Assembly: GCA_003344405.1 (NCBI GenBank)
Contig: NOWV01000247.1
Coordinates: 1-64,000, forward strand
Reading direction: 5' to 3'
Length of the DNA stretch: 64,000 bases
DNA from: Trichoplax sp. H2
Lineage: Eukaryota
Both the position numbers and the translations under genes were made by a program. Shown one piece after another: positions 25,501 through 48,890 of the stretch. The notes under the pieces were generated by a model. It did not search any database. It had not been told where the DNA came from and saw nothing but the letters and a program-made list of their open reading frames with translations. Within the stretch, counting starts at the first letter, position 1. Each line of letters starts with the position of its first letter.

Positions 25501-25880
25501 CCTATCATCCACATTGTAAGTAGAATTTCTTTATTGGATAATTGATTAACCTGTTGTTGTGGTATTGCATCTAAGTTTTTCAAAACTTGTTCAAGTCTTT
25601 TATTCTGTTTAACACTGATCAATGCATGGCTGGGTAAATTCTTGGCTCTGATGAATCGATTGACAAATGTAATCCACCCGGATATTTTTTGCTTCTTGGT
25701 AGAACTAGGATTTCGATTGATCACCAAGTCATTCTCTTTAGTGTCTACTTGGCATTGCTGATTGAGACTGGTTGATTGAAAGAGAGCTAATTGTTGGTGA
25801 GCTATTAATCGCCTTAATCCATTGCAAGGAAAAGCCTTTAGTAATTGCAGCGCAGCCACCTTTTGCATGATGGGTCCCAT
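22600..25880 (-). CDS. FASTK-like helical-repeat RNA-binding protein with C-terminal RAP domain, ~811 aa, probably mitochondrial
   Basis: Exons 25880-23954, 23234-22807 and 22680-22600 total 2436 nt in frame. RAP motif ICIEVDGPDHF..GPTEMKYRHLSLLGHQVIQIPYFEW. Tandem 37-aa helical repeats. The N-terminus is basic and lacks acidic residues. Confidence 0.85.
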
Positions 25881-25990
25881 TCAATAAATGCTGTGGATGG
25901 TGTGGTGACGTCTGTCTGTCTTGAAGCTCCGTAGCAGCCTCGTACAGTGTACAGTGGTTGCAGTACAGTATTTATTATCCAAACATGCTT

Positions 25991-26060
25991 CTGAAAAAGT
26001 AGCACGATACGGCACGGTTCAGCATGGTTCGGTACGGTTCAGTATGGTTCGGTACGGAGG
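25991..26060. repeat. 10-bp minisatellite G(C/T)A(C/T)GGTTC(A/G), ~5-6 copies, upstream of the RAP gene
   Basis: gcacgatacg gcacggttca gcatggttcg gtacggttca gtatggttcg gtacgg. Confidence 0.75.
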
Positions 26061-27200
26061 CCCAGAAGGCTCAGACGATCACTCTGTGGACAGCATGCAG
26101 ATATCCTTCTGAAATGCCTACAGAACAGTATACTGTACTCACATTATAGTATACTGGAAGCAATTTTGCCAAGTTTTAGCCAAATGAACTCAGATTTTGG
26201 GGGTTGATTTTACTAAGAACTAGCAGACAAACGTATTGAAGATGAAGGATTACAGTAGTGTAGGCCATGGAGGTCATGGATGGCCTTACTGTACAGTGTA
26301 CAGTACTGTACTGTACAGCTGAAATGGATGTTTACAGTACCGTCACTCAAACAGCCTGAACCAGACTGGACCAGAATGGACTAGTTCTAGTTTAAGCAAC
26401 TTTGAAAAGCTCCAATATTGTAGGAGATTTCAAGGACAGTTTAAAGGGCTTAAATTAGCAATATGAGCAACAATTCATTGTCAAGACAGCCTAATGATAT
26501 CGTTTATACGTTTATGCCAGTACTAGACATGATTGATTTAGCAAAATCCAGTGCAAAACTCCATTTTAAGACTAGCTATTACGCTCGATCTAGCGTAGTG
26601 TACTGGAATCTATGGATAGTTTTGATGGGTTTCGATAAAGCGACACAAGGGCAGTTGAAGCACTGCCCTGACTGGTGTATTAGACCACTCCTATAGTAAT
26701 GTACTATTTATTCCCTACTGCAGCGATCAGAGTGGATATCCACTTACGTTGCCATAGTGATATTGCAGAAGATGGACTAAGATGGACTAGACAGATCGAG
26801 TAAATGCTGCAGCAATTGGTGATTGATTCAGCGCAGTCCATTCAAACTACATCGGCCCACCAAGAAGGAGAAAGTTCATCAAGTCTAGCCAGTCTACAAT
26901 CCAATCGTCATTCATTTCATAGCCAAGTGGTGGATGGAATAATCTGCTTGCAACCTGCACCCAAGTGATGGTTACCTGGATAAGCTAAAGAGAGTGAAGA
27001 ATAGCTCAAATTGAATATTGCATAGGATAGTATTCTACTGTAGAGATTGATTGAGCCTTGTTGTCTTGGACTACGGTGATTAGTTCCATTACAAAGTTGA
27101 TCTACTCTGGAACACGACTGAAATAACGTTGGTAATAAAACGATCAGAGCAGACTACCGGCGCCAAATCCATTCATTAATTCATAGACAAGCCAATCGCC

Positions 27201-30200
27201 ATGTTTCGAAAACCATTTCGTGTTAAATCATCGACAATCACCAGGAAAAGTATCAGGTATAGACTGAGATTAGTTGAATGAGAGATGAATCATGAGGAAA
27301 TATCAATCATTGCACTAGAGCAAACTTGTTTGTTTTGTTGTAAACATGATGACATCATCCATACCAATCAAATAATTCTAGACGGAATAAGTGCAAAATT
27401 TGCCTAGCATAAATGTACTATTGACAAGAAAAAAAATGAGTTCGGTGTCTACTGTACCGTTGTTTTGTACAGTACATCTCTTGATTGATCGATCGATATC
27501 TTCATAGTGTGAGTAAAGGCCATGACTGTGATCGAATGACGTGTACAACTTTGACATGATGATGTACATATTGACAATTACAAGATATGAGAGACTCCTA
27601 AGAAATCTTCCTGCATACCCAATGACTAATCAAGGTTCAGCGAGAACAAATCGATGATGAGAGTACAACAGTGTGCTTATGTTCGCTTACATTCAATTAA
27701 TTAATTATTCCTTGTATGCTTATGTTAGTATACTCGCTACATGTTACTCTATGTGCACAATCTACAGCAATGATAGTCCGAAAATTACAGTTTTATCTAC
27801 TCTACAGCATACACAAGTACGTTTGTATTTCATCGTTTTCACTGTCAAAATTCTCATGAATAGGAAAGTAAAATTTGAACTACGAAGACTACGTCGTATT
27901 TCATAGTTTGCCCAATAAAGGGAAAGAATTAACTTGCGTATATCATCCAATACTTTCATTTGCCAATCTATTACAATAATTTCGTATTTCATGCAATCAA
28001 TAGGAGGAAATTGCGTGCGGATATTATCAAGCAGTTTGCTTCTCTAACTGAAGACGAAGTCAATCAATTGATTCCTTCTAAGGAAGAACTGACTGCGACC
28101 ATTGCTATTACTCATAGTAAAGAGGAAGTTGTCATTTATTCTATTGCTGGAGAACCGTTGCTTTTTACTTATAACAATACCTTATACCCCACAGGTAGCT
28201 AGAAAATGTATATCCTAAAAATGTTATTATACCTGTATTACAGATTGAATCGCCAATTACTGATCCAAGTCAATTTTTAAACTAAGAAAGATATAGTTAA
28301 AGTTTCTTTTGCAACGATAGCATGACGATAGCTATGATGGCCATTTCAATCTGGTTAAGCTTTGAGGGAATGAGCTTGCCTATACCAGAAAATCGATATT
28401 AAGTATTTACTTTTTCTAGTGTATGCAGCATGGATGCTACCTCATCTTTTACTTGCCATGATTACCTGGCCGAATGTCTTTGATAAAATGATATCTGGAG
28501 CTGGTAAGGATTATCGTATATTTAAAATCTAGATATCGTATCATAAGTTTTATCGTTTGTTCAATTATACTATTGAAGTTGTATATGACATTATTCTGAA
28601 TGTAATATCTAAATCTTGGGAATAGTAAGGTAAACTTTAGGAGATACATAAAGAATTGATAACATTTAAATTGCTTTAGACTTAATGCTACCGGGTGTGA
28701 CGGCAGTGAGCCATGTTGAATGGGTAAAGCATCAAGCATGTACTATAGCACTTAGCGACTGTTTGTAAGTTTAATTCTGTATAAGGATTGAAATGACGCT
28801 GTATGTTCCCGCAAAGAAATGATAAATAAATGATACTTTTACAACTTCCCGTTACAGAGTTCCAGTTGCTGTTGGTTTAACAGCTGTGTCACATCAACAA
28901 GCCAAAGATGCTAGAATGAGAGGCAAAGGGGTCTATGTGTTGCATACTTATCGGGATTACCTATGGTAAATCGATAAATGAGCTTTCTGAATGTGTGCCT
29001 GTATTGATTGTGAAATAATGAATAGGAAAATTACTTAAGCGAGATTAAATCAATGGATATGCCTTGCTTGTAATAGGGAATTTGGAACGAAATGCAAGGC
29101 GCCAACACAATGCATGATAAGTACTTATTCCTTGAGAGGATCTACAGACACACTACAATTAGGTAATTTTATGGCTATTTTCATTTCTTATAATATTACA
29201 AACTAGAAGATGTTGCTTGCTAATAAAAATTATTTCTTTAGAAAACTTAGCAATAGCTAATGATCTGGATCTATGTGAAGGTAGTAAATTGAATTACTAA
29301 AAATACCAATCGTAAAATCTAAACTTCATGGATGAATATTATAAATAATTCTCGATTTGTAATTAGAACAAGAAAGTATAGACCAAAGCGGGATGAATGA
29401 AATGGAAGGATCGGCTGCGTTAAATATAACGACAACAGCAACAGATGAGAGTAAACAAATCGACGACCCTTGCAAAGTGGATAGTAACAACGATAGTACA
29501 GGGCGAGAAGGTGCTACTGAAGAGAGTACCCAAGAAGCAGAAGGAACTGCAACTGAAAACTCTGAAGTTGCCATAAATCCAACAGGTAATCACCATCACG
29601 TTTTATAGATTTGCTCATACAGTATTCGTAGTACATTAATTTAACTTCGCTTTTAGCTAATTTTCTTGGGCAGTTGCAATTTTATCGAGCCACTTTATCC
29701 GTAAAAGGATATAAGTTCGTATCTTTAACTTGTCTAAGCAATCAAATTAATCTGTGTTTGTTTATATTCTACCATTGCAGATACTATGGATCAACTATAT
29801 CAGAAATGTTTTATGAAGGCAGTCATTTCTTGCTTGCGAAACAAGACAGAACTACCCTTACTCGCTAGTTCTTTTAATAGAATTATGCAATCATATTGGT
29901 AATACAGTATGTAATTTGTTAGTCTTCTAAGATCTAGAGGATATTGTATACTTAATTATGTAATATTATTTTAGTGAAGAGGGTGAAAATTTAAACATCA
30001 AGAAATCTAGCTATAAGAAGGTATTTATATCATAAAGTTGTAGCTTACTACAATTTCTTATCAAGATGGTGTAGAATCAATTACGAATGCTGATATAGAA
30101 AATTGTTTATTTGAAACTTGCTGTAGTTCCTAACTTTTCTGAAAGTAATGAAGGAACGGGGTATAATTGATTTCAAAGATACTGCGCGTGGAGTGCAAAG

Positions 30201-31678
30201 CATTACAACTATACAGCGTGGACATCCAGAGTATGCTTTTAGGATTACCTTAACTTAATATAAATAAAAATTTCACGTATATAAAATGCGTTATAATATT
30301 TGATAGGGTCAAGGCCTTTGCCGCAAATTATCCAGTTGAAGAAGTAACCGAAATTCCTAGCGAATCGAATGACGATGCTTTAGTTTGGGAAAAGGTTTAA
30401 TTTGCTAGTTATTTTAAGAATTAACTCTCATCTTTACCGACTTTAAATGTTAATAACTAATATTAACACAATATATTAGGGTCCAATAATTGAAGAGTTA
30501 TATATGGCTAATAAACAGACAGCCTTCATCTTCAGTAATTTAGATTGGTAAATAAATCAATATTATTAATTTACTAAGATTAATCTTAATATCATGTAAA
30601 CGCATCATTACCGATCATTTCCTAGACTATTTTAATATAAATATGTTCTTAAACCGTAGGAAGAACAAATTATTTAATGTAGCTGACGTTAGAGCAGCTA
30701 TAACGTCCTATATAAAAGCTCATGATCTCATTAATCCACATCAGACGCGGTATAGTCGTATAAATATCAATTGCTTATAGTGACCGCAAATAGATCTGTC
30801 TTCTAAGGCTTTGTAATCCAAAATATTTTTTGTACCTTTTAGCCTAGTAAATTTAAATGATGCTTTGGGAAACTGTTTATTAACCAAGAATGATAAAGGC
30901 AATGCTTTATCTTGGGAGGAAATTATGAAGCGTTTTACGGCAAAAATGAGTAATTGCCATCAGATTATACTACCTAACGATGATAGACCAATTTTGAGGT
31001 ATAATTTAGCTTACTGGATGTAATACAAGCAAGATAGATGAATTTATGCTGTAGATCGGCATACCAAATAGAATGAAATTTTATTGTCTTATGATTACGA
31101 CAGAAAAGGAAAGGTTGATTTAATCAATGTATCGATTGTTCGAAGAAGTGGTAACAAGAAAGTAACGCTCATTGATAATCTAGAAAGCTTTGGCATACCT
31201 GTTGATAAATTTATGCACACATTGCAGAATATGGCCGCTGCAAGTACATGTAGTAAGTCTGCTAATGAAACTGTATTTGTTTGTAGCATATCGATCTTAT
31301 TACGGTAACAATGCTGTCGTAAGCTGATTCAAGCTACCTGAAAGCGATCTTTTATGTGGATTTTTGGAATGGTCATTGTCAGGATATTTTAAACTTTTAT
31401 AAAATTTGAACAATTGGTATGTTATATTTTTAAAGCCTATTCAGTACCTGGGAAAAAGAGTACTGGGACGCAAGTTATGGTTCAGGGAAGTCAAATTAAA
31501 ATTGTATCAAGAATTTTAATTGGTTAGTGCGTAACTAATGGTATTAAATAATAATCAGGAAATAGTATTTTATGGCGAATCCTAAAGAATCATAACCTTT
31601 GATTGATATTTGATACGGCATTTTCTATTAGAAAATTTGAAGATACCCAAGAAATTTATAACAGGGATTGGTAAATAG
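27201..31678 (+). CDS. EIF2D: Eukaryotic translation initiation factor 2D (ligatin; PUA, SWIB and SUI1 domains)
   Basis: MFRKPFRVKSSTITRKSIR|RKLRADIIKQF, MRGKGVYVLHTYRDYLW, NIKKSSYKK, SUI1 region RRSGNKKVTLIDNLESFGI..LQNMAAAST, QVMVQGSQI, and terminal LKIPKKFITGIGK*. Confidence 0.93.
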
Positions 31679-33010
31679 AAATGGAGGCATTATACAAACC
31701 TGGCAGGACATGGTCTCTAGCCACTATTTTAATATTTGAATTAATAAATAAAAAGAATTAACGTTGCAGCTATTTTGAGTCAAACCGTGCCTATCGAAGA
31801 CGTTGGTTTACTTGCTTGGTATATCCGAACTGATCCATCCCATTTTAACCAAGTTATAGGAAGCGCTAGGTGTACTAGAAAATTGATTACAGTATAAGCC
31901 CAATTACTGTACATGAAGTTAATAAAAATTACAGTCCATTTTTTGTCTCATGCTCACTGGTATCATATCTAATCTGAGGAAATAAATACCATGCAGTTCT
32001 CTATAGATAGCAATCGTAGACAGTGCATGATTACTACTGCATAACTATATTATGATTGCATTTCTCTGTATTCCTGTTCTGTATATAAAAGGTAAAAAGG
32101 GGGCAATAATAGCCTTTATTATAATTTATAAATCGAGGACTGCACATGGTAGCAGAACTGTTCTTGCTTATTGGTGCAGTAAAACCAATTTCAGTTATAT
32201 TAATATTCAAGACAAATACACTCGCTTGCTGAACTAATTTATCTTTCCCCGACACTCGGGCAGTTTCGACTTTCGATAGTATGAATGATAATCCTATAGT
32301 GTGCGCGTATACGAGCGCTATTACTGCAAAGTATATAATGGAAGCAAAATATCTACTTGATAGTGCTAGTATCTTACTGTGCTATCCATTTTTTGAAGCA
32401 CTATAAAATCATTTTATACATTCATTTTGAATTATAATCAAATACTTCTCCATATCCTATAATCCATCCCCGGTGGGAATTGCCCCTAGTAAATGGGTAG
32501 TAAGGTAGCCTCTGTCCATCTGTCAGACCTGGTTCGTCTACAAATCCTGATCACAATAGAGAACATTAGACTTTGCTTCATTGAATGTATGTTTCTTTTG
32601 CCTATTTATACTTCAGGCTTGCTCTCTAATTTTAAATAACATTCTCAATTTCTTCTTGACTCCTTATTCAGTAGCTGTGTTACAACTACGATTCCTTACT
32701 CATTAATTCCCCTTTAATTAAGACACTCCAGCCTCCGTTTCCAATAACGCCATGTTGAGTACTGTTGTCGTTTGCGCAGTCTCAGTCTGCTACGTGCGCC
32801 ATTGCCTGACTAGAACAAAGAAAGAAAAGCAACAGACGACCAAGGAGGGAGGTATACCAAACCTAGGTTAATAAATACTAGTCTAGTATAGAATCAAATG
32901 TGGAATAGGGTGTGGAGACTAGGAGATTTTCTTGCAGTCGCCAATGCTAGCGAAGCACAAGATTGCAAACTCTGCCGGAAATGAGCTCGCAATCTGATCA
33001 TCATGGCAAT

Positions 33011-35909
33011 ATGTCCAAGCGCAACAGTGAACATCCACTTCAGGTTTGTAAAGGATAAAGTAGAATGTCCAAGGATGCTATTTTGAGCTAGTAGATGTTT
33101 GCTAGACAGCGTTGATGATTTTACTTGGCCATTGAGTATGTGATAGGAAGAATAATGATAATCAATGGCAAGTCGATAGAAATGAGGGTGGATGGAAATC
33201 GTAATGTTATACTATTGTATGGATTGTTATCTACTGTATGGGTTACTATATAGCCAGACAAGACTGGTTGCTAGAGTAACGTCAATGATAATCCCATCGT
33301 AGAATGATGGAGTAATCGACAAGATCGATTATTATTTTTATTACTACTTATGTTATGAATAGAATCCTACTGTAAGCAAACTTAGTACTCATAATAGTAT
33401 TATCTATTTTTTGGATAGTATTATAGCTTTAAACATATAGACCATATGAAATCATGCCCACAATATACCTCACTATTGCAACATGCTGTCGATGATGCAC
33501 CTCAAATCACGGACGAGATGTTGGATTCATTAAATACTGAATTAACCTTATTGGAGAAGTCCATTAGTGAAAGAGCGCAACGATTAGGGACAGAATTAGA
33601 GGTAAGTCTACTCTGTTATGTTCTAATGGATAGATTTACAGCACTACAGTAGATAGAATCATAGAACAATCAAGCAATTTTCAAGCACTATGAAAGACAT
33701 CCAAAAGCTTGATTCCACTCAGTCTATATGTACATAGATATATCTATATAGTGGCTCGATTTTATTCAAGAATATATCTTCCCCTTGTTTATACCTCAAT
33801 ATTAAATTGAAATTGAAAAATATAGTTACGGTATGTATTTTTCTATTTTATAAATATAGATTGTTGTTGATTGGTTGGACCGGAAAGATAAGAAGGATTC
33901 TAAAGGGAGTGCATCATCTGATTTGCAAAATAGTGAAAGTTCTGATCATAATAAACAATCAACGCCTGGATTGAAAAGAAGTACACACGGTAATAAACAT
34001 AAATTTACTTATTGACTGCATGGAGTCGTACATCTCGATACAACAGGGTAGATTGATAGGATCTGCTAATAAATGACAGCATTTCCTTAATATCCGTTAA
34101 GTAGAGTTGTAAACTTACTTAGTCCTAGTGTAGGTCGAGCTCAACTTGAATTTATTTACAAATACTCAACATTATCCGAATCAGCAATGGTATATTTAAT
34201 AATATGGATTCAGTCTCATCTTACAATCTGATTTTGATATCTTGAAGACGATCAGTTGAATAAGAAGCAAAAACTGAAGGGCAACTTAAGTAAGAAACAA
34301 AAGAAGAAACATAAAGCTAAAGATGTCCCTGTACCAGTAGGTTAGTTCTTTGCATTACAATTGATAATATTTTTCCTACGTATTTCATATCGATGAACTA
34401 TAAAATGGGTTGACGTTGTTCGATAATTGATCTAATTATGCCAATCTAACTGCTGCTAGCTATATTGATTACGACGCGTATTAGTAATCTTATCAAATTG
34501 AATCAAACTACTGTCACCAATTCTCTTTAATTCTCTTTAAATTAATCCTTTAATAATTCATAACTTTACAAACTTTTCAGTAATGTAGCTATAATTTAAG
34601 TAAAATTGTCACAAGAATAACAACAGCAATGTTAGGTAATACGTATTTTGTACTATTAAATGATTGAAGATAACGATAAAAAATTAAAGACTGACGCACC
34701 AACGCGATTTTGGGCAGCCGTTGATTCTTATTGTACTGATATTACACAAGAAGATATTAAAATATTGGATCAATTACTAGAATGTGAAGATTACTCGGAA
34801 TATTATACGGTATGATTAAACTATATTCCCGTCTACATATACATACGTTAGTGTCCGATATAGTGGTAATACTGTATTGCTAAGATTTTATTATTACCAG
34901 CTAATATCGATAAAATTTGATAATCAATAATTGTTTACTTGAATTTAATTGCCGGCTTATATCGTAATATCAAGATGCCACCTTTGGGGATGCATTATAC
35001 AAAACGTTGGGCTAAAGAAGATCTATTAGAGGAAAGAAGTCAAGGAAAGCGTGCTGCTGAAGCGGAAGGCAATATCAATGAAGACCACGTTGATGATCTC
35101 AACAAAACTAATCAAGAAATTGATTCTTTATTAAGAAGTAATAACAATAAAAACTCTTACACTGACGACAGTGATGACTACTGCCCTGTTGGTGCATTAA
35201 CTCAACGGTTGCTTGCATCGTTGGTGGAAGAGAATATTGTTGCCCCTGCACCTATACAAATCTACGGTAGTGAGAGCACTGGCGGTGACGGCAACAGCAA
35301 TCATGATAACACTAAATCACGCCTCAATTCCAATGAACGCGATTTATCACAAGTAGGCTGTTTCGCTAACTTTATGATGCAACCAACCACTAATTGCATT
35401 ACTTAATACTATCGGCTTTAAATTTAGTTATACCGTATTATCGACTGAATTGCCACAACTATTGATCTAGTGCATGTTCAATTTTTTATTATCATTAGGT
35501 TTCACAATGGAAAACTCTTGATAAACGTATTCGTGAGGAGTTAATTACATTAAATATAATTTCACGAAGTGATATTGTTGCTGATTCTGATGGAAGAAAT
35601 AATGACGACGAAGATGAAGTTTTAAGTGAATTACACCGACGTCAGCAAGAATTAAAAGCAGTTAATCAAGAAAACGTTGCTTTCATTCAACAATTAAAGG
35701 AAGCAAGTATCCGAGAAACAAAGCGACAAAAACTATTACAATCTGTTCGAGTTTGTGACAACGAAGTGATTGATTATTATAAACGTTTTGCTCCTACTAA
35801 GTCGAAAAAGAAAGGCCTTACAAAAGAAGAAACTGAACGCGCATGGCAGTTGCTTAAAAGTAGACAAGCAGCTATTAATAAACTAAATCAATTTGATAGT
35901 AGCTTGTAG
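33011..35909 (+). CDS. TADA3: Transcriptional adaptor 3 (SAGA/ATAC subunit)
   Basis: MSKRNSEHPLQ|YYSFKHIDHMKSCPQYTSLL..LDSLNTELTLL, DAPTRFWAAVDSYCTDITQEDIK, MPPLGMHYTKRWAKEDLLEE, CPVGALTQRLLASLVEENI and EDEVLSELHRRQQELK. Stop TAG at 35907-35909. Confidence 0.93.
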
Positions 35910-36620
35910 TTATTATGTTAACATACCAATATTATCTAATACATAATGTAAAGTATAGTGTTGATGCTGTGGTTAATCGTGCCTCTTACTGCAACGAAAC
36001 TGTAAATACTGCATACCCTTATTTGAACTTATACGGTAATATAGCCATTATCCGTAATGAAAGATGATTTACTTTATAATGCTATAGCAAAATTTCTAAT
36101 GTTACAAATTGTTTTATATATCGTTATCCACCCGTAATTATCAAAGGCTTCAGTAATTGACTGTAAGTTAATTAATTTAGTAGAGGAAAACCTTTATTTA
36201 ATTTTGCAACTGTTCTTCACATTCCGCAGAATTTTACTTTCTTGCCTATCAATTACTTTGCAATGTACAGATAATGAGTTTACTAAGCTATTTGTCGCTT
36301 AGTAATGATTGTTCTAAATGATTGATCATTTTTTCTTGCTACTTTGTACAGTTTTAATTCATATTGTAAAAATATATCTTTCGGCAAATCGATTTATACA
36401 GCCTACATGGCGCAAGTTTATGCCCCACCTTACTAAATAAGCGTGAAAGGATCGATCAAATCGTAAAATTCTCAATCATAAAAAGCATCAAACAACGCAA
36501 ATGCCGAAACAATGTAAAGATGTTATACTCATCATTACCTCAATTGTAATACTTCTTACCAGGGACTTCTTAAGACAAATTTGTCTTAGGAGTCCCTGCT
36601 TCTTACAATATTAAAAACAA

Positions 36621-46117
<9,497 letters not shown>

Positions 46118-46149
46118 TTCGATTAATGTCTCTATGACCTGTAATTGTG

Positions 46150-46640
46150 GGGAGCTAGGAGAGAAAGATAATATCACTTAAAATTAGATTCCTCGTTGGA
46201 CAGCTTGACAATTACTAAGATGATTACTAAAATGATTTGTATCACCTTAGATTTAATATTCGTCTTAATGCTCTTGCAAGTCCACCACGTCTGCCTTCAT
46301 TAACTATTGGTAGGAGAGAACGATCATATGCTTCAAATTTGATTTTTCGTTAGATAGCTGGACTATTACTAAAATGATTTCTATTATCTAGATCTAAAAT
46401 GTATCTTAATGCTCTTCCAAGTCTACAGCGTTTACTTTAATGAAGTATTAGTAGGAAAGAAGGAAAATATCCTTCAAATTGGAATTCTCGTCTGAGAGCT
46501 GGGCAAAGCCAGAAATGATTTCTATCACCTACTTTTCCAGATTCACAACGTCTGTCTTACTAAGTTGCATAAGAGAAGAACAATATCCTTAAAGCTAGAA
46601 TTTTAGTAGATCTAGAAGAGTAATTTAAGGGATTTCTATT
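46150..46640. repeat. Degenerate ~120-155 bp tandem repeat (~3.5 copies) filling the putative 5'-UTR intron of POLR3B
   Basis: TAGGAGAGAA..ATAT.CTT.AAATT.GA.T..TCGT at ~46157, 46311, 46452 and 46570. ATTACTAAAATGATTT..TCTTAATGCTCTT.CAAGTC occurs twice. Minus-strand donor GAG|GTAATAG at ~46642 and acceptor TTACAG| at ~46139. Confidence 0.7.
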
Positions 46641-47466
46641 ACCTCAATAATGGTTTAAAGTGTTGTTTTGCTCGTCTTTCAGGCTACGAAATGGCCATCC
46701 ATTGCAGGGAGAGAAGCTCGCTAGCTGGCAGCTCGCTGACATGGAAACTGTATGGGCACTAGGTACCAACGCAAACAGTGTGAAATTATACTGTTTACAG
46801 TATGACGTAGGGAAGCATGTGGTAGGTCAGTTATCCCTGCAAATTTGGCGTACAGTACGCCGTCTGAGTACGGTACAATCTCACTAATACTTGGCAATTT
46901 GTAAACATGAAGTCATACAGTGCTACAGTATATAATATTGTTAATAGAGATATAAATACTGATAACTTCAGTATGCGCACCATGACTGTCGTCATTACTA
47001 ATGTTTTATACCAGTAAGTGCAAACGATTCCCCGGTACAGTACTGTACTGTAGTCTCGGCAATTTGGATACTGTAGCTGCCAAGCAGAAAAGTGCTGCAG
47101 CCATTGCAAGGCAACATGTCTCCAAATTAGAGCTGCTCCAAGTGCAATTTCGCTGTAGATTTATCGATCTTGTATCAAAGGATGAATTTCGAATGTAATA
47201 GAAAAGATTAAACTTCTAGGTAAGATCATCTACTTTAGTATCAGTGCATAGTTACTCTTTTTAATGGATTTAAAATCTCTCTTTATGAGTTCATTTCTGC
47301 AAGGTAGTAGAAGTAAGTCAAGTCTAGAGCTGCACTCTTTCCCAATTGCAATCAACGCTTTTTTATGCCCAATCGGGAATAACGAGTTTTATTCTTTTGA
47401 ATGACCCTTTTCTAGTAGAAACTTTTGTATGTATGAAATTTTGCTCTAACAAGATAAGACTGATTG

Positions 47467-48890
47467 ATGGCACCTAAAAAAGGACGTAAAGGAAAGTCCA
47501 TTAATACTACAGCGAAGAAGAATAAGAAAGAAGCGATTGATAATCTAGATAAGGCTGAACCTGCTAGCAACCTCGATGATGATGCTCGTCTAAATGATGA
47601 TAAGGTCGCGGATGAAGTGGATCTATCTACAATCCAGCAGCAACACATCGATCAAGATGAAGTGCCTGAAATGGTATCATTTAATCAATCGAAGGAAGAT
47701 GCATACAAATTAAAAGCCGAATATTCCAAAGTGAAACAACGGTAGGATGATTTGCGCAAGCACTTTGTTAGAACACCTATTCTATATTAGTAATTTTTTT
47801 TCACAATGTTCAATGCCGATATCACAATTGACAATAAATGAAAATGTAAACTATCCTTCGAGTAGGGTATGTGCAAGCCTTTCAAGCTGTAGTTTAAAAG
47901 GCTATGTAATTGATGATTATGTTTTCTACATTCTTGGCTAATATTTACGAAACTTTTATAGAAATACAAAGTTAATCTAATCATAGTCTATATTGTACAA
48001 CGTTTCTATCTTCTATTGCACGTAGATTGAATTTTAATTGATTCATGTCAACATAACTAATGTTTCTTAGGATTAAAGATATTCGTAAGGAAAAGCAAAA
48101 TAGGCATCAGGTTACCAAGGTAACTATGCATCGATTGCAGTTGTAGCTGTTGTACAAGTTTTAGCCATGCTTTCTTTTGATTGAATGCATTGAACTGAAT
48201 CTAACTTAAAATGTTGGGAAAGTTACAAACTGAAATCATAATTAACCTTTAACTTAGGCCAAGGAAAAATCGACACGCGAGATCTTACCACTTGATGTTC
48301 TTCAAGCTGCTATAAAATATAAAGATAGGTATCGTCTAAAATAATCGATCATTTTTCTCAGAAAAGAAGTGAAGATCATTCTATTAATCCTGTATATTGC
48401 GGGTAGTGTAAAAAATTCTAGCGCTCTTACTAACAAAGTACAAGTCTACAATCGAAAACTGCCGACTTCCAAAAAGCAAACTAGAAATAGAAAATTTCGG
48501 TATGTCATTGTGACAAATAGTTACACATTTTTTAATATACTATCATTCTTCAAAGAGAATCGTAACTACGCAAGCTCTCGAAATATTGATCTATGAAAAT
48601 ATAGAGAATGAACTGTAGGCAACAGTCACTATTATTTTTGCAAACTAACGTTGGATCAATCAATCAAATATAATAATATAATTTATAGAGCGAAAAAAGG
48701 GCCCGCTAAAGGAACTTCATTTGTCAACATATCAAAAGATATGCCCATAGAGGTTTCTGACACTACTTCAAAATTCCTGAATAATCGCTTATTTGGTACA
48801 CGGATTACAAGAAATAGTACTATGAACGTACTGTCCAACAAATACAAGAACAGAAGTCATCGACCTGCAATCAAGTTTAAGAAAACTTAA
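47467..48890 (+). CDS. NOL7: NOL7-like nucleolar protein (NUC129-type C-terminus)
   Basis: Acidic/basic N-terminus, then DEVPEMVSFNQSKEDA, KEKQNRHQ, ILPLDVL, and C-terminal FLNNRLFGTRITRNSTMNVLS..RPAIKF. This recalls NOL7 DEAPEELTF..LLPDTIL..FIHNSLYGPGTNRTT..AAVQF. Exons ~47467-47741, 48071-48119, 48258-48328, ~48400-48499 and 48690-48890. Confidence 0.65.

Noticed and set aside
32465..32550. GC-rich patch with GGTTCG, possible tRNA or SINE
   Set aside because: No cloverleaf, and the B-box does not fit GTTCRANNC.
32718..32753. Minus-strand ATG in CAACATGGCG context, possible gene divergent from TADA3
   Set aside because: Only 11 codons before a stop and no supportable downstream exons. More likely a YY1-like promoter motif.
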